Positions 19,861-30,113 of a stretch of DNA of 64,000 nucleotides are shown here, piece by piece; position 1 is the first letter of the stretch, and every line of letters starts with the position of its first letter. The position numbers and the translations under genes were made by a program. The notes below the pieces were generated by a model that was given only the letters and a program-made list of their open reading frames with translations, did no database searches and was not told the origin of the DNA. The stretch is from an uncultured Gemmatimonadaceae bacterium. GTDB lineage: Bacteria > Gemmatimonadota > Gemmatimonadetes > Gemmatimonadales > Gemmatimonadaceae. The DNA is taken from NCBI GenBank assembly GCA_963740355.1, contig CAVUDW010000001.1, forward strand, positions 96,001 through 160,000, given 5' to 3'.

Positions 19861-20270
19861 TTGGCGGGCTGCGGTTCTGCCACCAGGCTCACGTTCTGCA
19901 GCCCAACTTCGCGCAACATCGCCAGGACCTGGACGATGTCGCCGTACGCCGCGCCCTCGTCGCCCTTGAGGTAGATGGTGCGGCCACTGGCACGGGCGGC
20001 AAGTGTCGTGAGTGCGCCGCGCAGTTCATCGCGCGCCACTTTTTCGTTCTCGAGAATGATCACGCCATCCTGCGTGACCGAGATCATGATCGGATTGTCC
20101 ACTTGCGTCGCGCGCACGTTCGCCTTCGGCAACTTCACATCGACGCCACCAGTGAGCAGTGGCGCGGTGATCATGAAGATGATCATCAGCAGCATCATGA
20201 CGTCGATCAGGCTGACGACGTTGATCTCCGCATTGAGCGTGGTTCGCTGCCGCGCGCGATGGCGACGCAT
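19857..20270 (-). CDS. tolR: TolR/ExbD family protein
   Basis: EINVVSLIDVMMLLMIIFMITAP and LKGDEGAAYG motifs; start set at MRRHR. Confidence 0.92.
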   Translation of the reverse strand: MRRHRARQRTTLNAEINVVSLIDVMMLLMIIFMITAPLLTGGVDVKLPKANVRATQVDNPIMISVTQDGVIILENEKVARDELRGALTTLAARASGRTIYLKGDEGAAYGDIVQVLAMLREVGLQNVSLVAEPQPAK

Positions 20271-20992
20271 CAGATCCGCCCGTCGCGAACGAGCAGCGCC
20301 ACCACATCCGTGCTGAAGGCGTCGATCTCGCTGGTGAGGTGATTCAACTTGTTGGCGAAGTAGTTGTAGCCGAACACGGCCGGGATGGCGACCGTCAGTG
20401 CGAGCGCAGTCGCGATCAGTGCCTCGGCCACGCCCGGCGCCACCGCGCTGATGTTGCCGCTCCCACTCGCCGCCACGCCAAGAAAGGCGTTGATCACGCC
20501 GAGCACGGTGCCTAGGAGCCCGATCAGCGGGCTGACCGCGCCGATCGTGGCCAGCCACGGCAGCAAACGCTCGAGCCGATCACGCTCGCCGGTCGCTTCC
20601 TTGTCGAGCAACATCTGCAACGCTTCCACCTGCGCCTGGGACAGTCGGGCCAGTCGCTCCGAGCTCCCACCGATCGCGGGCCGTGTGTCGGCCATGAAGC
20701 GCTCCGCGCGTCGCAGCACGATGTAGAACGGCGATCCGATCCCCAGCTTGGCGCGCAGCGCCACGTCATCGAACGACCCCGCCTGCGGGACGTAGTCGAG
20801 CAGTGGTTGCGCCGCTGATGCCACCGACCGGAATTCACGCGCCTTCATCGCCATGATCGTCCAGCTCACGGCACTCAGGCAGAGCAGGAAGACCAGGACC
20901 AGCCATGAAATTGGCGTGCCGTGCGCGAGGAGCCCGAAAATCGAGTTGTTCGGCTGGGCCTGCACCTGGAGCAGCGCGAGAACGGGAATCAT
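20270..20992 (-). CDS. tolQ: TolQ/ExbB/MotA proton channel protein
   Basis: LATIGAVSPLIGLLGTVLG and VAPGVAEALIATA..VAIPA motifs. Confidence 0.93.
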   Translation of the reverse strand: MIPVLALLQVQAQPNNSIFGLLAHGTPISWLVLVFLLCLSAVSWTIMAMKAREFRSVASAAQPLLDYVPQAGSFDDVALRAKLGIGSPFYIVLRRAERFMADTRPAIGGSSERLARLSQAQVEALQMLLDKEATGERDRLERLLPWLATIGAVSPLIGLLGTVLGVINAFLGVAASGSGNISAVAPGVAEALIATALALTVAIPAVFGYNYFANKLNHLTSEIDAFSTDVVALLVRDGRI

Positions 20993-21954
20993 GCCGCGAC
21001 CTCCTTCGACTCCGCACGGAAGAACTCGAGCGTCGCCTTCAGCCCATCAGCAAGCGACATCTCTGGTGTCCAGCCAAGGACGTCTGTGGTTTTTGCGTAC
21101 GCGATGCACGATCGACGCTGCTCTCCAGGGCGCGACGCTGCGTGCTGCACCGGTACGGTCGCAGCCGCGGCGCGCTGCAACTCATTCGCCAGGTCGAGCA
21201 CTGTCGTCTCGATCCCCGTGCCAACGTTCAATCCGCGATCGTCCAGTCGTCCAACGGGCGGCAAGGGCCGCTCGGCCGCGAGCAGGTTGGCGCGCGCCAC
21301 ATCACCGACGTAGACGTAGTCGCGTGTCTGCAACCCGTCACCGTAGGCGGTGATCGGCGTGCCGGCGAGGATACGACGGCAGAAGATCGCAACCACACCA
21401 GCCTCGCCATGCGGATCCTGTCGCGGTCCGTACACGTTCGCATATCGCAGCGCGACCGTGTCCAGTCCATGCACGCGCGCGAAGTAGCTCATGTAGTACT
21501 CGACGGTGAGCTTCGCCACACCGTACGGCGACTGCGGATCCTTCGCCGCCGTCTCGACGGTTGGCATCTCGACGAAATCCCCGTACTGTGCGCCGCCGCT
21601 GGATGAGAAGACGAAGCGCGTCTTGTGCCCCGACTTCCGCACCGCCTCGAGCAGGTTGAGCGAGCCACCGATGTTCAGCGCCGCGTCCCACGCAGGATCA
21701 TCCACACTCTTGCGCACATCGATCTGTGCAGCGAGGTGTGCGACGACATCGAATTGCCCATCGCGAATCAGTGCTGCGGCCTCCGGGGAGGCGATCGACG
21801 CACGTACGACCGTGGCCTTCGGATTGACGTTCGCTTCCTTGCCGCTCGAGAAGTCATCGAGGATCGTGACGTCGTAGCCATTCGCGATGAACAAGTCGGT
21901 GACGTGCGACCCAATGAACCCCGCCCCACCCGTTACCAGAGCGCGGCGACTCAC
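20989..21954 (-). CDS. NAD-dependent epimerase/dehydratase (UDP-glucose 4-epimerase-like)
   Basis: TGGAGFIG, YGVAK (YxxxK), RYANVYGPRQ. Confidence 0.92.
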   Translation of the reverse strand: MSRRALVTGGAGFIGSHVTDLFIANGYDVTILDDFSSGKEANVNPKATVVRASIASPEAAALIRDGQFDVVAHLAAQIDVRKSVDDPAWDAALNIGGSLNLLEAVRKSGHKTRFVFSSSGGAQYGDFVEMPTVETAAKDPQSPYGVAKLTVEYYMSYFARVHGLDTVALRYANVYGPRQDPHGEAGVVAIFCRRILAGTPITAYGDGLQTRDYVYVGDVARANLLAAERPLPPVGRLDDRGLNVGTGIETTVLDLANELQRAAAATVPVQHAASRPGEQRRSCIAYAKTTDVLGWTPEMSLADGLKATLEFFRAESKEVAA

Positions 21955-22183
21955 GAAGCGGACTCGGCCGAAACGGATGCGGCAGCGCTGTCGAACTGCG
22001 GTCGTGCGTTGGGCATGGCAACGGGAACGGAAGTGTGATCAGGGAAGGTCGAGCCCGGCGGGCGCTGACGGTGTACCCCAGACAATTCGCAGGGATCAAG
22101 CGCGTAAAACTAACCGCGCCCGCCTGCTGAGGCATGAGCTCCTCGGCAGGCGGGCGCGGCGTCCGTAGGGACGCGGTCGAGCG

Positions 22184-23335
22184 TCAGGGCATACGACTCA
22201 CCAGGCGTGCCTTCATGCCGACGCGAATGGCCGGCTGATCGTGCCCGACGACCACGGCAGTCGCACTTTCCGGCGTCACGCGGACCACGCTCACCTGCGC
22301 CACGGTGTTGGCTGGCGCAATGTCCTTGCGTCCCTCGGTCAGCGGCACGCCGTCGGCGTACAGCGTGAACTGGTCACCGACCTTGCTGCTGGCGCCCTTG
22401 GGCAAGGCGATCACGACATAGTTCTGCACGGTGGGCAACACGACGCCGCCGGCGATCCATGCGACTTCGTACACCGGCCCGTTGCTGACATCCTGCGGTC
22501 GCACGGTCGACGGAACCGAGGTCGTGTCGATGGCCATCAGCACATCGCCGCGCTTCATGTTCGCAAACATTGACGTGACCTTCGCGCGAGCTGCGCGCCC
22601 CGATCCGAGGGCCACGATTTCCACCACACCGGCTGGCTGCATCAGTCGACGGCGAAGCTTGTCGCGATTCACCTCGGGGCCTTCCTGATAGACGCCGAAC
22701 TGCTGGCCGACCGCGCCGCGCACGCCCGTCGGCAACAGCACATCGACTTCGTCGAAGATCTGGAACTGATCACGCGTGAGCGCGGCAGAGACGACGGTCG
22801 GATCGGAGCGTGAGACGAGATGCCCACCGCTCGACTTCGCGTTCAGCGCGACGAGGAACGGCGCCGCCGCCGCTTCACCACGTCGCACGGTCGGACGCAA
22901 CGCGCGACCATTGATCGTGGCATTCTCGAGCACGGACACCGTCTGCCCCGCCATCGGCCGGCCGAGCGGAATGGCGCGCGTCGGTGGCGGTTCGGCGGTG
23001 TCGGTTTCGGCCGCTACCGCTTCCGGCGAGAAGGTCGGTCGGCCGTCGGCACCGACGTACAACTTCTGGCCCGGATAGATCAGGTTCGCGTTGGCAATCG
23101 TGCTGGTGTTGGCGCGGAACAGCTCGGGCCAGCGCAGCGGATTGCCGAGATACTTGCGCGCGATTTCATAGAGCGTGTCGCCCTGTCGCACCGTGTGCAA
23201 CACGGTGCCGGGCTTCGGAGCTGCCGTGCTGTCGCGCTGCTGCGCCTGTGCCAGGGCCGGCGAGCCGACGAGCAGCAGGGCGAGGATCACGTTACGCAGG
23301 CGGCGCGCAACAGGGGCCTTCGGATGACGGCGCAT
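22184..23335 (-). CDS. Secreted LysM-domain protein, TsaP-like architecture
   Basis: Signal peptide; HTVRQGDTLYEIARKYLGNPLRWPELFRAN...NLIYPGQ; beta-rich C-terminal domains. Start set at MRRHPK. Confidence 0.82.
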   Translation of the reverse strand: MRRHPKAPVARRLRNVILALLLVGSPALAQAQQRDSTAAPKPGTVLHTVRQGDTLYEIARKYLGNPLRWPELFRANTSTIANANLIYPGQKLYVGADGRPTFSPEAVAAETDTAEPPPTRAIPLGRPMAGQTVSVLENATINGRALRPTVRRGEAAAAPFLVALNAKSSGGHLVSRSDPTVVSAALTRDQFQIFDEVDVLLPTGVRGAVGQQFGVYQEGPEVNRDKLRRRLMQPAGVVEIVALGSGRAARAKVTSMFANMKRGDVLMAIDTTSVPSTVRPQDVSNGPVYEVAWIAGGVVLPTVQNYVVIALPKGASSKVGDQFTLYADGVPLTEGRKDIAPANTVAQVSVVRVTPESATAVVVGHDQPAIRVGMKARLVSRMP

Positions 23336-23703
23336 ACTGGTGGGGAGCGCGGGGATCGTCCACATCAAGCACGACGCGCGAAGCGGTCGCACCACGGAGG
23401 GGCCCCGCCACAGGTGCGGTTCCCCGATCAGGGACGAGTATCGGCCGCGGAGGAAACGTCGTGAGCGCAGGCCAGAGGAGCCCACAAACATCCATGCCCG
23501 AAATCGCCGGTTCTGATATGTCAGGCATTGCCTGATAGCGCCGCTGGACATCGTTACTCCGTCACCGTTCTATCCACCGACGAGTACTTCGCCGGCGACC
23601 CGCCGACCACCCGCACTCCCCCTCCGCCAATGCCAGGCGCGAGGGCTGCGTTGGGCCTTGCGCGACCGACCGAGCGACTTCACCCCTCTCGGGGAGCCGG
23701 CGC

Positions 23704-25731
23704 ATGGCCTTGGACACACAAATGCTGCATGCCGCACTGCAGCTGCCTCATGGGTACTGCTACCTCTGGGATCCGGGCCTGATCTGGCTGCACGCGCTCT
23801 CGGATGGCTTGATCGGTGCCGCGTACTTCGCGATCCCGATCGTACTGGCCCGCTTCCTTCGCCAGCGGAAGGACATTCCCTTCAACGGCATCGTCTGGTG
23901 CTTCGCCGTCTTCATCCTTGCCTGCGGCGCCACGCACTGGATCAGCGTCGTCAATATCTGGGTGCCGAGCTGGTGGACATCGGGAGGCTTGAAGGCGCTG
24001 ACCGCCGCCGCATCGCTTCCGACGGCCTTCCTGCTGCATCGCATGACACCGATGCTGGTTGCGTTGCCAAGCCCGACGCAACTGCACGCGGCCAACGCCA
24101 CACTCGCGGCAGAAATCGCAGAGCGCAAGAAAATCGAGCAGATGCTCCGCGAGTCGCAGGCCGAACTGGAAAAGCGCGTCGAAGAGCGTACCACCGAACT
24201 CGCGCGCGCAAATGCGTCCCTGCGCCTGCTCGAGTCAGCCGTGACACAGTCCACCGATGCGTTCACCATCACGACCGGCGATCTCGATGCACCGGGACCA
24301 AAGATCGTGTTTGCCAACCCTGCGATGACACGGATCACGGGCTACCCGCTTGACGACCTGCTGGGCAAGACGCCGCGAATCCTGCAGGGCCCAAAGACGG
24401 ACCATGAGATGTTGTCCGAAATGCGGCGTACCCTGACCGAGACGGGCGCATTCGCAGGCGAGACCCTGAACTATCGCGCGGATGGCGGTGAGTTCGTGAT
24501 GAGCTGGAAGGTGACCCCGATCCGCGACGAGGATGGCATGATCGGGCACTATCTCGCCGTCCAACGGGATGTGACGGAACAGCGCGATCTCGAACTCCAG
24601 TTTCGACAGGCACAGAAGATGGAAGCCGTCGGCCAGCTGGCGGGCGGAATTGCGCACGACTTCAACAACCTGCTCACCGCAATCCAAGGCAACTGCGCGC
24701 TGCTGATGGAGGATATACCAGCCCCGGATCCTCGTCGTGTGTTCGTCGAGGAGATCGACGATGCGGGCGCGCGTGCAGCTCGGTTGACACGGCAACTTCT
24801 CGCGTTCAGTCGGCGGCAGATTCGCCAGCCGACCGCGATCAGCCTCGACGTCGTCGTGACCGACGCGCTCCGCCTGTTGGGTCGCCTGCTCGGCGAACGC
24901 ATCGATGTTCGATTCGCACCCACCAAGGATCTAGGCCTGGTCTGGGCGGACCCCGATCAGTTGGAACAGGTGGTGCTGAACCTGGCGGTCAACGCGCGCG
25001 ACGCGATGCCACAGGGCGGCACCCTCACGATCGAGACCGCGAATGTGGAGCTCGACGGTGACTACGCCGGCATGCACATGTCCGTGATCCCCGGTTCGTA
25101 CGTGATGCTCTGCGTGACGGACACCGGTTCCGGCATGCCACCGGAGACGATCACTCGAATTTTCGAACCCTTCTTCACCACGAAGCCCGTGGGTCAGGGT
25201 ACCGGTCTCGGATTGTCCACGCTCTATGGCATCGTGAAACAGAGCCGCGGCAATGTCTGGGTGTATTCGGAGCCGGGTCGGGGCACCACCTTCAAGGTCT
25301 ACCTCCCGCGAGTGTCGGATCCCGCGGTCAGGGTGACGCGGCCCACTCCTGTGTCATCGACGCTCGTGCTGGGTTCGGGCGTTGTGCTGCTCGTCGAGGA
25401 TGACCCCGCGGTCCGCAGCCTTGCCGCACGCATGCTGCGACGCGCAGGATACGATGTGATCGATGCGGCGACGCCGGCGATCGCACTCGAGATTGCACGG
25501 GACGAGTCGGTCCACATCGACATCCTGCTGACGGATGTCGTGATGGCAGGTCTGACGGGGCCCGAACTCGCCGCTGCGGTCCGTGAACGACGACCCTCTA
25601 TCCGCGTCGCTTTCATGTCTGGGTACACCGACACGGCGCTCGACGCACACCAACTAGCGGACGCGCACGCTGTGCTCATCTCGAAGCCGTTCACGGGCAG
25701 TTCGCTCACCGCGCAGATCGCCAAGGTGTGA
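23704..25731 (+). CDS. Hybrid sensor histidine kinase: ETR1-like ethylene-binding TM domain, PAS, HisKA, HATPase, REC
   Basis: SDGLIGAAYFAIP...FILACGATH; PAS; H-box AHDFNNLL; DTGSGM, FEPFFTTK, GTGLGL; REC motifs LLVEDD, TDVVM, SKPF. Confidence 0.93.
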   Translation: MALDTQMLHAALQLPHGYCYLWDPGLIWLHALSDGLIGAAYFAIPIVLARFLRQRKDIPFNGIVWCFAVFILACGATHWISVVNIWVPSWWTSGGLKALTAAASLPTAFLLHRMTPMLVALPSPTQLHAANATLAAEIAERKKIEQMLRESQAELEKRVEERTTELARANASLRLLESAVTQSTDAFTITTGDLDAPGPKIVFANPAMTRITGYPLDDLLGKTPRILQGPKTDHEMLSEMRRTLTETGAFAGETLNYRADGGEFVMSWKVTPIRDEDGMIGHYLAVQRDVTEQRDLELQFRQAQKMEAVGQLAGGIAHDFNNLLTAIQGNCALLMEDIPAPDPRRVFVEEIDDAGARAARLTRQLLAFSRRQIRQPTAISLDVVVTDALRLLGRLLGERIDVRFAPTKDLGLVWADPDQLEQVVLNLAVNARDAMPQGGTLTIETANVELDGDYAGMHMSVIPGSYVMLCVTDTGSGMPPETITRIFEPFFTTKPVGQGTGLGLSTLYGIVKQSRGNVWVYSEPGRGTTFKVYLPRVSDPAVRVTRPTPVSSTLVLGSGVVLLVEDDPAVRSLAARMLRRAGYDVIDAATPAIALEIARDESVHIDILLTDVVMAGLTGPELAAAVRERRPSIRVAFMSGYTDTALDAHQLADAHAVLISKPFTGSSLTAQIAKV

Positions 25732-25769
25732 CCGCAGCTGAGGGTGCGGCGCAGCGTGAGCACCTGAAG

Positions 25770-25812
25770 GCAGAACGCCTCCCGTCGGATGGTGCGACGG
25801 GAGGCGTTCTGC
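25770..25812. terminator. 18-bp-stem hairpin after the kinase
   Basis: GCAGAACGCCTCCCGTCG-N7-CGACGGGAGGCGTTCTGC; no clear U-tract. Confidence 0.55.
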
Positions 25813-26200
25813 AACCGGAAAAGCGGACGGTCAAAATGGTACTATCCCATCGACGCCTTGTCGTTATTGCGTATATCGTGCAGATATAAAGACATACCGC
25901 ACGACGCATCGCAACCTTGTCGTTTTTCAGCCATCGATTCCATCTTCACGGCATCCATCGCGTCCATCAGACCTCTCCCGCGGTCACCATCGGGCGGTCT
26001 TCCGGCCGAGCAGTCACGACCCACACAGTGAGTATAAGGGGACTACCGTCGGCATGACCGTCGGACGTACCATTGACCCGATCTCGCGCCATTGCGGTGC
26101 ACCGCCGTTCTCAACGCGGCCGGCTAGCGGCATCGCGCAACTCCGGGGCATTGAATTTCGACCACAGCACGACGACCGCGCTGGCTCCCTCGCCGGGCTT

Positions 26201-27550
26201 CTAGTCAGGCCGATCTCCGGAACTACCAAACTGCGCCGGCGCGTCGGCAGGGTTTGAATACACTTTGATGCCACCGACGTCGGCAAACGGGAGCACATCG
26301 TCGAGCAGGCTTCCAACGCGGCCCAGGTCGCCTTGGAGCAGCAAGCTGTCGATTAGACGACCGGTCGGCATCCACCTCGTCCACGCAGACCGCCGCCACG
26401 CATCGCTGGCGCCATGTACAGGGCGCCCGGAACGCTCGTCGCTCCGTTCGCTCGTGCCCGCGCTGCCCTGACAAAAATGGCCGAGTCCATTCTTTCCGCG
26501 CGCGTCAAAGCCGACGTCGTCACGAGTCGGCGCCGAGTACGCCGTCACAGAATCGAGCGTCGGCGTCCGCTCGCGCAAAATGGGATCGAGCGTGACAACT
26601 TGATCGGGCCGGAGATCTGCAGCCAGTCGCAGTGGAGGGTAGCGGATCATTATGACGTCGATCCTTCTGGTGCCCGTCGGCGGTCCGGTCATGCGAGAGG
26701 TGCCGTCTAGCGCAGCCTCCGCGAATGCGCCGGCATAGGGTACCGTGACCCTCGCCCCGCCAATCGGACGGCCGCCCGCGTCCCGGATCGTACCGGCCAA
26801 TCGCGCACTCCCACGGGCCTGCGGGAGTTCGCGCGAGGGAGCGGAATCAGCGGAAGCTTTCGTGTCGCCAACCGTCGACGCGGCATCGAGCGCGCTCGGC
26901 ACGAGCATGTCCCGATGCAGCAACGGCGTCTCGCCCGGCAGTCTCAGTTCGATCCCGGCTGTGTTTCCGCGCCCACCGCTGTCGGCAATCACCGCGTACA
27001 GAGCAAGCGGCACGTCAGTCGGAACGCCTCAGATCACATACCGACCGTCGCGTCTGACCACGCCGACCGCACGCTCGGTGGTGCGCTCTTCACCTGCAGT
27101 CGAAATCTGTAGCGCGCCCCAGCCCACGATGACCTGCGCCGCATCGGGCACGTCTCCAGTCGCCGCGTCTCGTACGCGACCGAGGACGACGCGCGTGGTT
27201 TCGCGTTGCGCCCCGCAAAAGCCCGCATGGCACCCGGCAACGAGAGGTTCGCGGTCACTATGGCGCCGCGCCCCGTCACAGACAGCAACCGCGCCACAGC
27301 ATCGAACCCCAGCGAGTCGAATCGCGCGTGCTGAAAGCCGAATGTGTACTGCCCTACGGGTACGTCTCGGATCGCGAAGCGACCGGCGGTAGCTGAGATG
27401 GCAGTGAAGCCTCCGGACAACGGTGCGGCAGTTGGCACTGGCTGCACCCACGCCGCCATAAAATGACCACCAGCCAAGCTGTCGATGACTTCGCCTCGCA
27501 CGGCCACCTGAGCCCCAGCGGCGCTGGCAGTGAGAAGGTCCACGCTGCAT
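26201..27550 (-). pseudogene. Fragmented carboxypeptidase-regulatory-like (prealbumin-fold) domain protein with plug-like tail
   Basis: Pieces in several frames: AQVAVRGEVIDSLAG...GRFAIRDVPVGQY (27034-27543), GTIRDAGGRPIGGARV (26201-27013), DVGGIKVYSNPADAPAQF. The 5' signal peptide is broken. Confidence 0.6.
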
Positions 27551-28383
27551 CACACAAGGAAAATCCGACAACGCGGCATCAGGAAACCTCGGATCGAAAA
27601 ACGTTGGGCGACCACATCCTGTAAGTCGGTCCACGACTGAAGGGTCCACGATGACTCAAAATGAGGATGCGGCGGGCAGGGGTCTTTGACTGATGGTGCA
27701 CTCGCGGACGAAGCAGGGGAAGCGCTGTAGTTAAGGCGACGTGTTGCATGCGCGGTAATCGTGTTCGCGTTGACAGGCAACGACGCAGACAACGGCGCAG
27801 AGGCGGCCAGATCACACTTTCAAACCACCGGCATCGCAGGAGGCGTCTCACTAGGAACTGTGCCGCAGACCGTTCGACTGGATAGAGCCTGGTCGCAACT
27901 AAGCGCACTCTAGCGCGAGTGAGAGGCCGCGAACCGCCATGCTTGCCTTTTCGTCTGGTTACGGTACTATACCCGTGCGACATCTCTGCGCTCCATCCAG
28001 AACACGGTGTTTCGGTGACCGCGCAAGGGAACGCAGTCGTGTGGACGCCCGAGCAGGGGTCCTCCGACAGGTGCACGCTCTGCACACCGGTGTCGAAGTA
28101 CGAATTCCGCCCTGCTGGCCGTAGGTGGGGCTGAAATGCTCGAGCAATCAATGCACGCGACTGGTTTCAGACTGCGACCACGGAGCCACAAACCACGACA
28201 CGCAGCGGCGCTACCGGACAGCGGAAAACAGCGTCTCCCCGATCGCCAGTCGTAGCGCTCGGGGCACGCATGAGTGAGCACGGGCGCGCGTCACTTCCGA
28301 CGCCGCGCAACTGGGGTGGGGCACACGCGGTAGGCAACCGGACGGTGTGGGTCACTTCCCTTCTCATCAGCCAGGAGTTGCTC

Positions 28384-29877
28384 GTGACCGTACGAAATCG
28401 TTGGCTCAGTGTACCTACTGCCGCGCTTCTGGTGCTCGCAGGGTGTGCGCCAGATGTTAGGCAACCCGCCGAGCCCGAGGCACCAGCGGCTTTTCCCGTC
28501 GTCGCCGCGGTGGCGAAGAAAGTCCGTGGATCGGAGGTTGGTGGAGATCGACTCGGCTGCCTCGTGCAACAGCGCGACGCGGCAGGTGGCTTGGTGCAAA
28601 CGCACATCGAGGGCCCGCAACTTCGGCTTGCGCCGAGACGTGGCGTCGTTCACTTGACGGAAGTTGCGGTCTCGGATGGCGTCACCGCACAATGCTTTTT
28701 AACGCGCCGCGATACGATCGCCCGGGTCACGAGCGCGCTCCGACGCGTCGACCTCACTGCGGCCGTTTGGACGCAAGGCCGAGCAACGTCGGCAAGTGCC
28801 GCGGCACGAGGCGGACTCGCCAGACAGTGGCTCACCGCGAAAATGAACGCACTCCTCGGAGCAGAGGCGAACACGCTGAAGACTGCTGGCGTCTCATTGA
28901 CGCTTGGCGGCCTCCCCGACTGCCCGACGGACGTGATCTACATCGCTGGCAGCTGTCGAGCGAGGATCCACGGAGTGGCTGGTGACTCGTACATCTGGCT
29001 CGACCTGTATGATATCACGTTCAAGATGAGCTACGCGCCTGTCGAGATGTCCGTCTATCTGCCCACCGAAGAGCAGGTCATTCAGTGGGCCATCTGCCAA
29101 TTCTCGAGTGACATGGCGCAGGAGATGGACGCGGCGGCGCAGGTCGTACGAGCTGAATCCGACCTCGAGGCTGCAGCTTTCGCCCAGTCGGGCGGCAGCA
29201 CAATCATGTGCGAGCATGTGATGAACGTCGGCAACCGCGAATTGTGCATCGACTTGTTTATTCAGGAGCGTCGGATCGGCGCACCATTTACGTTCGGAGC
29301 GATTGTGGGAATGGGAGACAATCGCGGTTTTGACCCAGACGCGCCGCGGAAGGAGTCGCGGGTCCAAATCAATATCGACCCGGAGACTCTCGCGCTCAAC
29401 GCGTTCATCAATGGCAGCACGGTCGAGATCCTGGGGGGGTGGACGCGGACGTATGGCGGCGACGGCACCGTTATCATCCAGAATGACGGCCCGAGCCACG
29501 ACTGGCCCGCGAACGTGCGGCAGTTGTCATTTTCGCGCCTTAACGGTGATCCGAACACCGCCGTTCTCCAATATAACGTCGCTAACAATGTGTGTGGAAA
29601 CTGGAGTCAGTGTCCCACGATCACGGGCCGCTGGGTGTTCAACAAGAACCCAGCAGGTGTATGGGTGGTAAATACTGCTCAATCACGAACCGACACGTTC
29701 CCGTCCCAGTCCGTGAACCGGTATGATCCGGCCGGTGGCGTATTCCGTAGCGTGTTGGAGATTCCGGAGGATGTGAAGGCGAAACTCAAGGGCTTGGACG
29801 ACTTCCAGCAGATTGACGGACGCATCCGCGCTGAGCAGACCAAACTCTTCATTGGGACAGGCTGCAACGGGATGTAG
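28384..29877 (+). CDS. Hypothetical lipoprotein with a DUF3238-like C-terminal domain
   Basis: AGGAG site before GTG 28384; lipobox LAGC; long open frame; C-terminal FI...GDNRGFD...SRVQ...DTFPS pattern. Confidence 0.7.
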   Translation: MTVRNRWLSVPTAALLVLAGCAPDVRQPAEPEAPAAFPVVAAVAKKVRGSEVGGDRLGCLVQQRDAAGGLVQTHIEGPQLRLAPRRGVVHLTEVAVSDGVTAQCFLTRRDTIARVTSALRRVDLTAAVWTQGRATSASAAARGGLARQWLTAKMNALLGAEANTLKTAGVSLTLGGLPDCPTDVIYIAGSCRARIHGVAGDSYIWLDLYDITFKMSYAPVEMSVYLPTEEQVIQWAICQFSSDMAQEMDAAAQVVRAESDLEAAAFAQSGGSTIMCEHVMNVGNRELCIDLFIQERRIGAPFTFGAIVGMGDNRGFDPDAPRKESRVQINIDPETLALNAFINGSTVEILGGWTRTYGGDGTVIIQNDGPSHDWPANVRQLSFSRLNGDPNTAVLQYNVANNVCGNWSQCPTITGRWVFNKNPAGVWVVNTAQSRTDTFPSQSVNRYDPAGGVFRSVLEIPEDVKAKLKGLDDFQQIDGRIRAEQTKLFIGTGCNGM

Positions 29878-30113
29878 GAGCTGGGTCGCGGTGGTGGTTG
29901 TGGCCCAGCGACGTAACCATCCGGCGCTGGGTCACCGCCGAGCGATCTGCGTGGAACCCATGAGCAAGTAGCCAGCGCGTCTCGGCTCGCAGTTGCTCGT
30001 GACTTTGGACGGTGCCCTGCCGAATGCTCCATGCCAGCTTTGTCGCAGATGAGCATGGTGCTGCCGGTGCCACGGCCGCGGTAGAAGTCTTCTTTCGCTG
30101 TGAGAGTGTCGCG

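Noticed and set aside
25842..26024. 60-aa minus-strand ORF in the AT-richer gap after the kinase
   Set aside because: No clear ribosome-binding site, motif or codon bias; cannot be supported.
27550..28380. Integron attC sites, a riboswitch or small ORFs in the long gap
   Set aside because: No convincing RYYYAAC...GTTRRRY inverted pair or known aptamer motif seen by eye, and the ORFs lack coding character. Only a weak promoter-like TTGCCT...TACTAT near 27943-27970. An Rfam scan is needed to exclude an RNA.
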